Assembly (NCBI GenBank): GCA_025594325.1
Contig: JANHCV010000011.1
Coordinates: 682,001 to 746,000, forward strand
Length of the DNA: 64,000 bases
Origin: Blastocladiella emersonii ATCC 22665
Taxonomy: Eukaryota > Fungi > Blastocladiomycota
Direction of reading: 5' to 3'
Position 1 is the first letter of the stretch. Each line of letters starts with the position of its first letter. Of this stretch, positions 10,966-23,736 are shown one piece after another. Below the pieces are notes generated by a model. That model was not told the origin of the DNA. It saw only the letters and a program-made list of their open reading frames with translations, and ran no database searches. The position numbers were made by a program, and so were the translations under genes.

Positions 10966-13240
10966 TCACGCCGCCGCGCCCGCCGACCGCGCGCGGACAC
11001 CCGAGAGCCGCCACCACGGACCCGCGTGGCGCGGCCGCTTGCGCGCGGGGTCCACGAGGTCCGCGGGGATCACGTCGGCCGCCAGCACGGGCTCGCGGCG
11101 CTCGAGCGCCTGGTCGCCGCCGCCGTTGCGGAGCGCTGCGCCTGCGGCCAGCGCGGCGGCGGGAGCATCGCCTGGCGCAGGTGTCGGCTGCAGGATCACG
11201 GGCTCCTGGCCCGCGGGCGTGGGCTGGATGACGACGGGGACCTGGCCTGCGGGCGTCTGCGCCGGTGCGCCCGCGGCGGGCGGTGGCGGTGCGGGCGCGG
11301 CAGCGGCGGGCTGCTGGCGCGACTTGTTGATGTAGGCGTTGGTGACGGCGGCCGAGGCGGAGATGAGCGAGGCCATGACGACGACGACCGAGACGGCCAT
11401 CATGCGCTGCGGCGGGCCGCGGGCGTGGGCCTGGGCGACGGCCATCTGGAGCGACGGCGGCACGTACAGGGCGAGCGCCTGCTGCTGGCCGAGCACCTCG
11501 ACGCCGGTCCCGTTGCCCGCGGCGCTACGGACCGCGTGGCACTTGACGTCGCCGCTGCCGAGCGTCAGGTACCGGCCGGTCGCGCGGTGCTGCAGGGCGA
11601 ACGCGAGCGGCGACGCGGGCAGGCGGCGGAACACCCAGATGGCGGCCGCATCGATGGTGCGGGTCTCGCGCAACTTGCCCGAGGCCGCGTCCATGGCGAG
11701 GAACTGGCGCGTGTCGGCGGCGGCGAGGATCACGTCGCGGCCGTCGGCGCGCGTCGTGTCGAGGAAGACGCCGACGCGCCACCGGACCGGGTCGGCGGGC
11801 TTGCCCGCAGCACCGGCGGCGGTCGCGGGTTTCGGGTTCGCAGCCGTCGGCGGCGCGTCGGGTTGCGCAGCGGGAGCGACGGCGGGAGTGTCGCCGTCCT
11901 GGCCGGGTGGGGCGGGGCGCGGGCGCAGCTCGTCGACAAAGTGGATGTAGAAGAAGGCGACGAGGTCGTCCTGCTTCTTGGCGATCTGCTTGCGCGTGGT
12001 CTTGCCGACGTAGTAGTGCATGGCCTCGGGCTCGGTGACGGGCTGGCGCAGCGGGACCGCGGCGGTCGCGGCCTGCGACTCCTTGGCGCCGACGGCAGAC
12101 ACGGGCGTCGGCGCGGGAGCGGGCGCGTGCGCGAGGCCGACGGCGCGGCGCAGCGTCGACTTGGACCGGCCGACGGGCCGCTTGGAGAGCGCGTGGCCGT
12201 CGCTCGCGATGATGGCGACCGCGACGTTGATGGTCGAGGCGCCGGAGCCGGGATCCGACGGACCGCCACCGCCGCCGCGGCCGCCCCGCGGCTCATCGCG
12301 CGACGCGTTGGCGCGGTGGCGTAGACCGGCCTCGAGATCGGCCGCGTTGCCGTCGCCCGGCCCGCCACGCGACGGCGGCGGCGGGCCGCGTTGTTGCTGC
12401 TGCATGTTCATCGACGAGTTGCGGTTCGGCGGCGGACCGCGCTGCGCCATGGGTCCGGGACCGGGACCTGGGCCGGGGCGCGCGTTGGCGGGCATCTGGT
12501 TGGTGTTGCGCATCGGCGGCGAGTTGGGCCCGTTGCCGCCCGCGCCGTTGCGGACGAAGAAGGCGTGGAAGAGGAAGCCGATGGGCGGGACGAGCGGACC
12601 GTTGCCCGAGGGCGGCGGGCGGAGCTCGGGCGCGGGGACCATGAGCAGCGTCGGGCGGCCGGGCGGCGAGGCCGATGACGCCGACGCGGCGCCCGAGGGC
12701 GGGAGGCCGACGGTGAGCCACTGGCCCGACTCGGAGATGAGGGCAAAGTCGCGCGGGCCGAACGTCTACGAGGGAGGGAGGGAGGCGAGAGCAGGGTGAG
12801 CGGTGGCGGTTCGAGGGCGCGAGGGAGCGAGCGAACGCACCTTGGCGGTCCAGAGCGTGAAGGTGGTCGGGGTGTTGAGGACAAAGATCTCGCCCGAGGG
12901 CTTGGCGCCGATGTACCAGCGCGGGTGGAACAGGCTGACGAGCAGCTTGGTGCCGTCGCGCGGCGGGAGGGCGGCGAGCGGGACGGGCGGGGCGTTGGGG
13001 CGGAACTCGAGGAGGACAAACTGCCAGTTCGGGTCGGCGTCGAGCGGCGGGGCGCCGGGCGGGGCGAGCGTGAGGTAGGGCGGCACGTCGTGGCGCACGT
13101 GGAGGAAGGCGCGGCGCGCCGTGGCGAGCAGGATCGGGCGCTCGGCCGGGTGCGGGCCGGCGGCGGGCGCGGCGGCGGTCGGGGACGCGGTCGGCGAGCC
13201 GTGGCTGCTGCGACCGCCAGCGCCCGCTGTGACGGGCCGC

Positions 13241-13274
<34 letters not shown>

Positions 13275-13407
13275 TCCCGCCGCCGCCCTTGTCGCTGGTG
13301 CGGTCGCCGCTCGGCGGGCGCGGCCTGGCCGTGGCGGCGGTGCCCGAAGCGATCGGGTCGAGCGGGATGAGCGGCTCGGTGGCGGGGTTGGCGTAGAAGG
13401 TGGCCAT
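10966..13407 (-). CDS. Uncharacterised protein with two probable fascin-like beta-trefoil segments and a hydrophobic (TM-like) helix near the C-terminus
   Basis: Exons 13407-12841 and 12765-10966; the 75-nt GTGCGT...TAG intron joins the two ORFs in frame (LWTAK|TFGPRDF). Fascin-like strands include FALISESGQWLTVG, LAAADTRQFLAMD and FALQHRATGRYLTL. Hydrophobic segment MMAVSVVVVMASLISASAAV. TATAAA lies about 115 nt upstream. The fold call is tentative. Confidence 0.72.
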
Positions 13408-14484
13408 GGCGTCGCGTCGAGAGTGAGTGATGCGCGGCGAGAGTCGATGTCGTAGCAGAAAAGGACACGTCGGCAGCGGTCCGAGCGAGAGGGCGAGGCA
13501 GAGAGGGGTCTCGGGCGCGCTTTATACGGCGGGGCGGAGCCAAGCGTCGCCTCGGTCGGGCGCGGCGGCGAGCGGCGATGGCGGGCAGCGTGTTCCGGCG
13601 GGGGCCAGCGGCAGGGATGACGCAGCGGGCGGCCGCGGTGGTGCGAGGGGCGATGCGAGGCAGGTGCCGTTGGCTCTCTTCGCGCGCAGGCGGAGGAGGC
13701 AAGGGCGGGTGCAGGTGCGAGCGCGAGCGAAGAGGTAGGTCCACGGCAAAGTGGATCTAGGCCGGGCGACCGGAGCCGCCGCGCGCAGTGCGCCGCCTTC
13801 GTCTTCCGCCGCGAGCACCGGCCGCTGCGCCGTGCGGCCGCCCAGAACAGCGGCGGCGTGCCGCTCGTTCGCCGTGCGCGCGCATCGGCGTGAACGAGCG
13901 CGGTCGGTGGCGATCACGACGCACACTCGATTGCATCGAGTCGGCCGGCGCGCGACGCGTCGCGGCAAGTGGTGTCAAGGGCGGCGGGCGCGGCGCGCGG
14001 GTCGGTTGCAATGGGAGGGACGGCGCGGCGGTAGATGCATGGCGTGGAAGGTGGTGGGCGGTGAGGTGGGCGAGAGGCGAGCCGAGTGGAGCTTGCGCTG
14101 TGATCCAGCGGCAGCGGTCGCCGCGCGCGTGCGTGGGTGTGCGCCAAGAGTGGAGCCCAAGCCGCGCGCCCGCGTGAAAGGGAGCTGGCCGTTTGCGCAC
14201 ATGTGCGCGAGCGAGCGTGGGAGCGGCGGCGGACGCGTCGCCGCCCACGGTGCGAGACGCGCGCGACGCGTGCGGGTGCGAGACGCGTTGCGGGTAACGT
14301 GGGCGCACGTTCTGCGCGCCGGCGACAGGAGTGGCAGCTCTCGAGGCGGCGCGGACACGACCACGCGCGGCGGCCGCGGCCACGCTCTCTCTCCCGCCGC
14401 GGCCCAGGCCGCGGCCCCCGGCCAAGACGACGTACTCGCGTCCTGACCGCGGCCACCCCGTCCGTGATCTCGCCCGCGCGGCGC

Positions 14485-17361
14485 ATGTACTCTGCTGAAC
14501 CACCGCCGACCATGGCCCCCGGCCCCGCCCAAGTCGCCCCCGCCGTCGCCGCAACGCCGCCGAGCTCGGCCGGCCACCCGAGCCTGCCGCCGCGCCCAAG
14601 GTTCGCGCGCGGCCGCACCGCCCGCCACCTGCCACCTGCGCCCTCGGCCGCCGCGGCCACCGCGAGGCCCACCACGGCGCCCCCACCGACCTCGGCTGCC
14701 GCCGCAACCACTGGCCCGCCACCGCCGTCGTCCACGCGCAATGACGCATCGGCCTCGGTAGCCCTCTCGCGCATCCTCAGCACCTCGTCCTTTGCCTCGC
14801 TCGTGGCCTCGGCCTCGCCTTCGCCCTCGCGGACCGCTACTACGCTGCCGCCACCCAGCAACTCGACCCGATCCGCTTCCTCCTCGGCCCCCGCCGCCAT
14901 CCCGCTTCCCGATGCGCTGCCCGCCTCGACTCCGACGCCCTCGAGCGTCGCGCTCGCCGACATGTGCCGCGCGCTGCGCCAGGTCACCCCGATCGTCCTC
15001 AACCCCGCCACCAAGCGCAAGTCCTCGGCCGCACTCGACCCCGCCACCACCGCCACCGCGAGCAACGGCGTCATACGCCTCCCGCCGCGCTCTCCCGGCG
15101 CCAGCACCTCGCCCGTCCCCACCACCACCACCATCTCGGGCTCGGCCAGCTCGCCGCGCCTCGTCATCCAACACCTCTACCACCGCCTGTCGCCCGCGCC
15201 GCCGCCCGCCGCGCCCCTCTCCAACCCGCCCGCCAACTCGCGCGGCGCCGTGCGCCTCGCCGCCGCCACCCAGTGGCCCTCGGCCCCCGCATCGCCGCAC
15301 CGCGTGCAGGAAGCCGTCCGTCTTCCGCCACCCCCGCCGCTTCCCTCTTCGCTGCTCGCGCGCGACGACACCAATGCCCCCTCCACGGCCTCGAGCTCGT
15401 TTGCCTCGCTAGCCCTCGCCGCGTCCGTCAACTCGTCAGTCGCGGCCGCGTGCGCCGCCGCCGCGTCCCCGCTCTCGTCGCTTGGGAGCTCGCTCTCCAG
15501 CCTCACCTCGGACCGCGGCGGCGACGGACCAGCGCCGCCGCCCGCGGGCACTTTTACCCTCCGCTCGCGGAACCTCAACTCGGCCGCCGCCTCCAACGCG
15601 AGTCTCGATGAACCCATGGAGCTCGACGCCGACATGCACGCCTCACTCGCCGCCGCTCTCAACATCAAAAAGTGCGCACCGATCTCGATCCTCGCCTCCC
15701 TCACCGTACTCACACTTTGACGTCTCAGACAAGTCATGGCCGCCGTCTCGCGCTCGAGCGGACCCTACACCCGCGCCTCGCGCTCCAGTCCTGACACTCG
15801 CGTACGCTTGCTGCCGTTTACACCCTCCGCCACCACCACTCACTCGCATGTGCTCGCAGGTCAACAACGACTACTGCGAGTCATGCCGCGGCCACGGCAG
15901 CCTGCTGTGCTGCGAGCGATGCCCCAAGGCCTTCCACCTGCTGTGCCTCGACCCGCCGCTCGACTACGGCGAGATGCCCGAGGGGTCGTGGTACTGCAAG
16001 CCCTGCACCGTCGTACGTCTCGCTCGCCCTCCCCGCGCTCGCAACCCGGCACTTACGCTCGACGATAGAAGCTCGGCCCGCTCCCTGCGGCAGCCGCCGC
16101 GGAACCCGGCCCGAAGGCATCTTCCGCCGCCACCGCCGATCCACAACGCGCCAAGCCGCACGTCCCGCTCCTGCACTTCTGCCCGCTCCCGCCGCCACCC
16201 CTCCGCCCGTCCTCGTCGTCGTCACAACCCGACCCCTTCTCCACGTCCTCGTCGCTGTCGGACCTGCCCGCCGACCCGAGCCCCGAGACCGCCGACCCCG
16301 TCACCTCGCGCCTGCGCACGCTGCGCACGCGCACGCGAACCGCCGACTCTGCGCCTCCACCACGCGGGTCGCGCGGCCGGGGTGGTGCCGCGGGTCCCAA
16401 ATCCGCCGCGGCCGGGAAGCGCGCGAAACCGGCGCCGCCCATCACGACGCTGTTCGCGTCACTCGCCGCCAAACTCGACGTCGAGGACCCGCGCGTCTTC
16501 TCGCTCCCCGCGCGCGGGGTGCTCAACGCCTTCGCCGGGATCGTGCCCGACTACGACGGCGAGTTCAGTCTCACGGGCTCGCGGCGGCAAGCTCCTGGCG
16601 AGCCGGGATCCGCGCCCGCGGCGCCGCTGCCGCAGCTGCAGGTGATGCCCGTGGCGAACGGTGGGACTGTCGGCGGCGCCAAGGACGCCAAGTCGCGGCT
16701 CCTGCTTCTGCAGCAGCAGCAACAGCAGCTGCTCCCGTCGGCAACCGACCTGTGCTACGCGTGCACGCGGCGCGTCGGCCCGCACCGCCGGCTCGCGGTC
16801 CGGTGCGCGCAGTGCCCGCTCGTGTTCCACCTCGACTGCCTCGACCCGCCGTGGACCGTGTCCCCGGGGCTCAGCGCCGGCGACGGATGGCAGTGTCCGT
16901 GCCACGCTGCGCCAGCGGGGAACCGGATCGGGCCCGGCAGCAACTCGGAGCGGATCCGCGCGATCGTGCAGGCCGGCGTGCGCGGAGCCGGGTGGGCGCC
17001 GCCGCACGCGCAGTCCGACGACGAGAAGTCGCCCGTCGACGGGTCGCAGCGGCTGTTGTGGGCGGACCACGAAGCGGACGACGACGAGGAGGAGGACGAT
17101 GACGATGCGACGGATGACGAGGAGGAGATGGCCGAGGACGACGAGTACGAGCTGGTCCAGGCGATCGGGGACGCGCCCGAGGTCGGCCCGACGCGCATCG
17201 ACGAGGTGGCGAGGCCTGCCGAGGAGCCGGCGCGAGCAGAGGAGCGCAAGGTCGATCGAGCCGAGGACATGCTGAGCTTGCTCTTCCAGGCGGCCCAGGA
17301 GTACCCCGTCGATGAGCACGATCGAATCGATCAGGACGCCGTCGCGGCGCAACCGGTGTGA
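14485..17361 (+). CDS. Double PHD-finger protein, Rco1/Cph1/PHF12-like (Rpd3S-type HDAC subunit)
   Basis: Introns 15672-15728, 15802-15859 and 16013-16068 keep the frame. PHD1 is NNDYCESCRGHGSLLCCERCPKAFHLLCLDPPL...WYCKPC; PHD2 is CYAC...CAQCPLVFHLDCLDPP...WQCPCH. The inter-PHD motif DPRVFSLPARGVLNAFAGIVPDYDGEF resembles Rco1-family NPxxFxLP...F.GV...GEY. The start codon is uncertain (long S/P/A-rich N-terminus). Confidence 0.82.
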
Positions 17362-17670
17362 CTGATAAATACATGTGTATGAACTCCTCGAAGTGTCTTG
17401 ATCCCGTCCGATCGAGTGCGAAGCAAGTCGGCCGGTCAGTCAGGTTCCGCCGGGCGTCTCTCGCGCTGCGCCACACCGCGCGCCAAGGAACGAGGGGGAC
17501 GCGTAGCGAAAATGTCTCGCACCTCCCCTCCTTGTCCCTGCACTGGGCTCGATATATAACCCTCGGCCTCCTCCACACTCCTCCTCTCTCTCGATCTCAC
17601 CAACGTAGAGTAGACTTGACGCATCGACCCGATCCACCAAATCCAACCCTTCACCACTGACTCGACGACC

Positions 17671-19554
17671 ATGGCGGATCCGTCGTACCCGCTCCCCGGC
17701 CAGGCGCCGTACCCGCCGCCGCCCGCGTACGGTCACGCGGCGCCGTACCCTCCCGCCGCCGGCTCCTCGGCCTACCCGCCATCGGCCGCGTACCCGCCTC
17801 AGCCCGCATCGGATCCATACGGCGGCAAGGGCGCCGGCGGCGCGTCGTACCCCGTCAACAACGAGCCCGGCGGTGGCGCCAAGTACCCGCCGACGGCCGG
17901 CGCCGGCGCGGGGGCCATGGGCAGCACGTCGCCGATGGTCGTGTCGCCGCAGCCGCCCGAGTCGCGGTTCGCGCCGCCGAGCGGGCCGCAGGACCTGTGG
18001 GCTGCGATCGTGTTCCTGGTGCACCTCGTCGGGTTCGGCGTGATTGCCGCGATCGGGTTCTCCAACGTCGACCTCGCGACCATGTCGGTCAAGGGGTACC
18101 CGCGCAACTCGCCTTCGTCGGGCAGCACTGGTTCGAGTAGCGGCAGCGGCAGTTCGAGCGGCGGGACCCCGATCGAGTTCGGCCCGTCGGCCATCTCGTC
18201 CATCGTCATCGGCTGCCTCGTCGCCGGCGGCGCGTCCATGGCGTACCTGTGGCTCATGGCCAAGTATCCGAAGCAGCTCATCAAGGGCACCTTCATCGCG
18301 TCGATTCTCTTCTACCTCGCCATGGGCGTCCTCTCGTTCGTCCTGACCAAGTACGTCGCCTCGCTGTTCCACGAACGCTGGTCCTCGATGCCTGACCCTC
18401 GTCTATGTGTAGGAACTTCATTGTCGGCATCATCTGCGTGCTGTTCGCCATCTTCGGCGCGCTCGCGTACCGCGCGTTCAAGAGCCGGATGCCGTTCGCG
18501 GCCGTGATGCTGTCGACGGTGACGGGCGTGACGACCAAGTACACGGGGACGCTCTGGCTGGCGCTGGCGAGTCTGCTCGTCAACCTCGCGTACACGGTGC
18601 TGTTCGTGGTCGTGTTCATCGTGGCGACCGTGTACTGGGTGACGACGGCGGCGACGGTCAACGAGCGCACGGGGCAGACGCAGGTCGGCGCCATCACGTA
18701 CGTCGTGTGGGTGTACCTGGCCTTCAGCTTCTACTTCACGTCGCAGGTGCTGCGCAACTCGTTCCACTGCACGGTCGCCGGCGTGTTTGCGAGCTTCTAC
18801 TTCATGTCGGGCTCGCCGCAGGGGATGCCGGCCAACCCGACGCTGTCGGCGCTCAAGCGCACGCTGACGACGTCGTTCGGGTCCGTGTGCTACGGGTCGC
18901 TGATCATCGCGATCGTGCAGACGCTGCGCGCCGTCATCAACCAGGCGCGCCAGAATAACGACAACGCGGCCATGGCGTTTGTGCTGTGCTGCATCGACTG
19001 CATCCTCAGCTGCATCGAGGGCCTGCTCGAGGCCATGAACCACTACGCCTTCTGCCAGGTGGCCATCTACGGCAAGGACTACTGCCGCGCGGCCAAGGAC
19101 ACGTGGACCATGGTCAAGGACCGCGGCGTCGACCTGCTCATCAACGACTGCCTCATCGGCAACGTGCTGTCGTACGGCAGCCTGCTCGTCGCGGGATTCA
19201 CCACGGCCATCACCTGGGTCGTGTACGTGGCGGCGCGCGCCGCGGCCAAGGAGGCGGCCGTCGCTGGGTTCGACGTGATGATGCTCATTGTCCTGATCCT
19301 GGTACGCTTCGCTCACTCTCCTTCTCGCTCTGCGAGTCCAGCCGCTCACGCACCGTTCCCCCGACACGTAGGCGTTCTGCATCGGCGCGATCATGTTCTC
19401 GCTCGTGTCGGTGGTCATCGACTCGGGCGTCGCGTCGACGTTCGTGTGCCTGGCCGAGGACCCGGCCGCGCTGCAGCAGACCAAGCCCGAGCTGTGGGAC
19501 AAGATCCGCGAGACGTACCCGCAGGCCGCGTTCCTCAGCATGTACAGCGCGTGA
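17671..19554 (+). CDS. PNS1: PNS1 / choline transporter-like (SLC44) membrane protein
   Basis: Introns 18351-18412 and 19302-19371. Pro/Tyr-rich N-terminus, multiple TMs, and family motifs SFGSVCYGSLIIA, NHYAFCQVAIYGKDYCRAAKDTW, LLINDCLI and SGVASTFVCLAEDPAAL. Confidence 0.92.
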
Positions 19555-19627
19555 GGCGGCGTGCGTGCGCGCGCTACTATACCCCACCCTCCCGTGTCGT
19601 GTCGAGACTGAATAGAGAGAGAGTCAG

Positions 19628-20393
19628 TCAAGTGGACGTGTCCATTGGTTCATCCCCTTCCTCCTCCTCGCCCGGTGGCGTGGCCTGAGCAGCGGCGGGC
19701 TCGGCCGGCTCCACGTCGCCCATGCGCGCCATCTCGAGCTCGAGGATGCGTGCGCGGACGGCGCGCACCGTGGCCAGCATCCGCTCGCCGTCCTGGATCG
19801 CGCTGCGGAGCTCCTCGGCGGCGGCCGCGTTGTCGGTGAGGACCTCGGCGTACACGGGTTGCTAAAGGTCCGCGAACGAGTCAGCCGGGCGGGGCACGTT
19901 GCGAGAGGGATATGAGGGAATGACGTACAAACGCGGCCATGTCCATGGGCGCGGCGGGGAGCTGGTCGACCGAGTCCACGATCTCGCGCGTGCGGAGGGC
20001 CAGGTCGCGCGCAAACTCGTCGAGGTTGCGCTTGAACGACTCTTCCTCTTCGGATCGCTCTACGTTCCGGTATGCCTGTCAGTGGCCGAGCGAACGGGAG
20101 AGGTGTGTACAAGACGCACCGTTGACCTGGGTGACGGGGAACGCCGGGTTGACGGCGAGCATCGAGGCGCGGACGTGCATGTGCTCGGTGGCGATGGCGA
20201 GCTTGAAGGCGTACTGCGGCAGCGTGCCGAGACGGAGTCAGCGCGAGCATCAAGGAGTGGGAGGGAGGGCGACGGGTACGTCTTCGATGCGGTTCTGCAG
20301 CTGGGTGATGGGGTCCGCGTTGGAGACGTGCTCGATGAGCTGCTGCAGCGCGGGGAACTCGCCCGGCGGCGGTGGTGGTGGTGGCGGATTCAT
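19628..20393 (-). CDS. MED21: Mediator subunit 21 (Srb7)
   Basis: Four exons (start 20393, intron 20279-20214, two further short GT-AG introns) giving DPITQLQNRIED...FARDLALRTREIVDSVDQLP...NAAAAEELRSAIQDGERMLATVRA, matching the Med21 pattern TQLQ...FA..IA....I...ID.LP...N..A...L...V..G..LL. Confidence 0.8.
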
Positions 20394-20626
20394 TGCAGAG
20401 AGTAGTCGGCCAGGCTACATAGGATACATGGGCTTGTTGGAGAGAGAGGGAACCGAGGGGCGAAGCAGCCGCGCTTCATGTCGGTCGGCGCGCTGGTCGG
20501 CGCGACGCGACTCGACTCGAACACGCTGGGCGGATCATATACGAAAAGGCGCTTTTATATGTACAAAAGAAACTGGGATAGTAGATAGATACACGATACA
20601 CGATACACGTCGCCACACCTCGTCCT

Positions 20627-21701
20627 CTAGCAGGCGGTGGTGGTGGTCTGGCCGTTGGCGGTGGTCGAGGTGGTACGGCGGCCGTCGGGGTACTCGGTGA
20701 CCGTCTCCTCGGTGACGTTGCCGGCCGCGTCGGTGGTGCGGGTGGTGGTGGTGCGCACGCCGTTGACGGTCGACGACGACGACTGCTTGGACGCGTAGCC
20801 GGGCCCGCCGCCGCCCGACGACGACTGGAACGACGAGAAGCCGTTGCCGCCGGCGCCCGGCATGTTGGGCATGGCGCCGAAGCCGGGCATGTTGGGCATG
20901 GACATGTTGGGCATCATGTTGGGCATCATGTTGGGCATGTTGGGCATGTTGGGCATGTTGGGCATGTTGGGCATGTTGGGCATGTTGGGCATGTTGGGCG
21001 CGGCGCCGAAGCCGGGGTGCGCGTGGAAGCCGGGGTGCATGTTGAAGCTTGGATGCGCGGCGAACCCGGGATGCATGCCGGGCATGGCGCCGAAGCCGGG
21101 GTGCATGCCGGGCATGGAGTGCGGCGGCGGCGGGAAGGCGCCGTTGGTGCCCTGGGTCGACGAGTACGAGGAGCCGTCGGGGCCCGAGCGCGACTGGTAG
21201 CTGGCGCCGTCGGACCGCTGGCCCTGGCTCTGCGTGTAGACGTTGGGCCCGGGGCCGGCACCCGCACCACCGGCGGGCGCGAACGGGTTGAAGCCGGGGC
21301 CAAAGAACTGGGCAAAGATGTCCTCGGGGCGGCGGAACTGGAAGTGGAAGTTGGCGTGCGGGTCCATGGGCGGGCGCGGCGGGGCGCCGGGCGCCGTGTA
21401 CCGGCGGAAGCCCTCGGCGCCCGAGGCGTCGTACACGGACCGCGCCTGCGCGTCGCTCAGCACCTGGTACGCCTCGTTGATGGCCTTGAAGCGGCGGTCC
21501 GCCTCGACCTTGGCGTCGCCCTGGTGCTTGTCGGCTAGAGGAACGGGCGGTGGTCAGGGCCCAGCGGTCGCCCGAGCGCGAGAGAGGAGGGGAGCACGCA
21601 CGGTGCCACTTGATGGCCTCGCGGCGGTACGCCTTCTTGATGTCGTCGGGCGAGGCGGTGCGCGGGACGCCGAGGACCGAGTAGAAGTCGGTCGTGGTCA
21701 T
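20627..21701 (-). CDS. DnaJ/Hsp40 (class B/C-like) J-domain protein with G/F- and M/P/N-rich C-terminus
   Basis: MTTTDFYSVLGV...KKAYRREAIKWH|PDKH. The HPD motif is restored by the 67-nt intron 21601-21535, followed by FKAINEAYQVLSD. No zinc finger or canonical CTD is seen. Confidence 0.92.
20888..20999 (-). repeat. Coding 9-nt tandem repeat (CATGTTGGG on +) encoding Met-Pro-Asn repeats
   Basis: About 11 MPN-type units, including MPNMPNMPNMPNMPNMPNMPNM, inside the DnaJ gene. Confidence 0.9.
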
Positions 21702-22197
21702 GGTGGTCGATGCGTTGCGGGATGTGATGGGGCCGCGATGGACGGTGGGCCGATGGGTATAGCAAGAGAGCGAGAGCGCCGGCTGACGGCGTGCTTTTGT
21801 ACAGGTGCCGGCGAGAAGGCGAAGGCGAAGACGAAGAACGGCGAGCGGAAGCGGCGACTTGGCCGGTGCAGCGGCGCGCGGTCGGGCCCGAAGCACGCGT
21901 TGGGCCGCGCGTCTATTTCCGCGTGCATTGCGGTATCGGAATGGGCGCGATTGTTCCCGAATGGTCCATGCGGATCAGCGCACGCGGCGTCAGGTGATGC
22001 GGCTCCGCGCGTCTCCGTGTTCTCGATCGAGTCGGCATCGAGCTGGCCAGCGAGCTGGCGCGGGGGCGGCGGCGCGGCGCGGCGCGCTCGGGCAGACGGA
22101 CCGCCGATCCCACGCTCCTATTCTCGCTCTGCCCTGCCTCACGCCGGCGACGCCCCCTCACCGCACACCGCAACGCATCCACGCACGCATCGACGCC

Positions 22198-23643
22198 ATG
22201 CCATCCACGCGCTCGCCGTCGCCGAGCTCGCGCCGCTCCCACGCCCTGCCCGCCGCGCGCTCGTCGCGCTCCCGCTCGCCTGCCGCCGCCCGCCCGCGCG
22301 ACCGTGATCGCTCGACTGGCGACCGCCCTCGCCCGCGGGCCCGCGACCGGTCGCGCAGCCGCACCGACGCGGATCGCCGGAGCAGGCGGCGGACGCGTTC
22401 GCGCAGCCCCAAGCCGGCCGCCTCCTCGGGCGGGCCTGTTCCCGCTTCCGCTGCTGCTGTTGTCGCCTCCTCCTCGTCATCGTCGCGCCGCCACGCGAAC
22501 CGATCTCGCAGCCGGGACCGCAAACCCCGCCCGTCGTCGTCGCGGAAACGCAGCCGGTCCCGCAGCCGGTCCCGCAGCCGCGGGCATGGGGGCGGCACCT
22601 CCCGCCGCTCTCGCTCTCGCTCGCGCGGCCGCCGTGACCGCGACCGGAGAGAAGGTGATCGCGATCGCGCGCGTGCGCGCAGCCGTAGTCGCAGCCGCGA
22701 TCGCAAGTCGGACCGGAAACGCGACGGCAGCCGGTGCCGCCGCGATGACCGCCACCGCCGCCGCTCGCGTTCACCGCGCCCCTCGCGCCGCTCCTCGCTG
22801 CCACCATCACGGAGCACGGACAAGCGCGGCGCGCCTGTTTCTCGCTCGCCGCCACGCCCGTCTGCGCTTGCTCCTGCCCCTGCCGCGTCCAGTCGAGTGG
22901 GCAGCCGCGACCGCGCGTCGGCCCGGAACCGCTCGCGCAGTCGCTCGCGCAACGGCCGCCGCCGGTCTCCGAGTGCGACCCGCGCGCCTCCGCGCGGTCA
23001 CTCGGCCACTTCGGCTGCGCCCGGCGAGCGTGCTGGCAGCTGGCGCGGGGCCGACCGTGGGAACGGCAGCCGCACGCCCTCGGGGTCGCCGCCCGCTCAA
23101 CCGCCGCCTGTCGTGAAGCCCAACTTCGGCCTCTCGGGCAAGCTCGCCGAAGACGCGAACAAGGTCGAGGGCACCGCCGTCGTTCTCAAGTACACGGAGC
23201 CGCTCGAGGCCCGCGTCCCGACCCTCCCGTGGGTGTTTGTCGTGTTCAAGGCCAAGGAGTGTCTTGGTACGCGCTTCTTTTCGGTTTCCTTCGTTCGAGC
23301 ACGCCACTCACCTCGATACTCGCCCGTAGCCACGCTCCAGCTGCACGCCCAGTCGTGCTACATGTTCGGCCGCGACCGCATCGTCGCCGACGTGGTCGTC
23401 GAGCACCCGTCGTGCAGCAAGCAGCACGCCGTGCTGCAGTTCCGCCAGGTCACGGTCAAGACCGACGACGGCGACCGCGTCCAGGAGGTCAAGCCGTACC
23501 TGCTCGACATCAACTCGACCAACGGCACCTTCCTCAACGGCGAGCGCATCGACTCGGCACGCTACTACGAGGTCCGCGAAAAGGATATCATCACCTTTGG
23601 CCAGAGCACCCGCGAGTACGTCGCCATGGTGTGCCGCGACTAG
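22198..23643 (+). CDS. SNIP1: SNIP1/Pml1-like FHA-domain protein (RES complex) with RS-rich N-terminus
   Basis: KPNFGLSGKLAEDAN...LKYTEPLEAR...; FHA core YMFGRDR...EHPSCSKQHAVLQFR...KPYLLDINSTNGTFLNGERI...RYYE...DIITFGQSTREYV; 63-nt in-frame intron 23267-23329. Confidence 0.93.
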   Translation: MPSTRSPSPSSRRSHALPAARSSRSRSPAAARPRDRDRSTGDRPRPRARDRSRSRTDADRRSRRRTRSRSPKPAASSGGPVPASAAAVVASSSSSSRRHANRSRSRDRKPRPSSSRKRSRSRSRSRSRGHGGGTSRRSRSRSRGRRDRDRREGDRDRARARSRSRSRDRKSDRKRDGSRCRRDDRHRRRSRSPRPSRRSSLPPSRSTDKRGAPVSRSPPRPSALAPAPAASSRVGSRDRASARNRSRSRSRNGRRRSPSATRAPPRGHSATSAAPGERAGSWRGADRGNGSRTPSGSPPAQPPPVVKPNFGLSGKLAEDANKVEGTAVVLKYTEPLEARVPTLPWVFVVFKAKECLGTRFFSVSFVRARHSPRYSPVATLQLHAQSCYMFGRDRIVADVVVEHPSCSKQHAVLQFRQVTVKTDDGDRVQEVKPYLLDINSTNGTFLNGERIDSARYYEVREKDIITFGQSTREYVAMVCRD

Positions 23644-23736
23644 CGATTGATCAGCTTCCCTATTCCCCTCGAACTGCACCCACCATCCACCCGCTCTTGG
23701 CAATAGAAATCCTATTTATTTGGCTTTCACGCGGTT

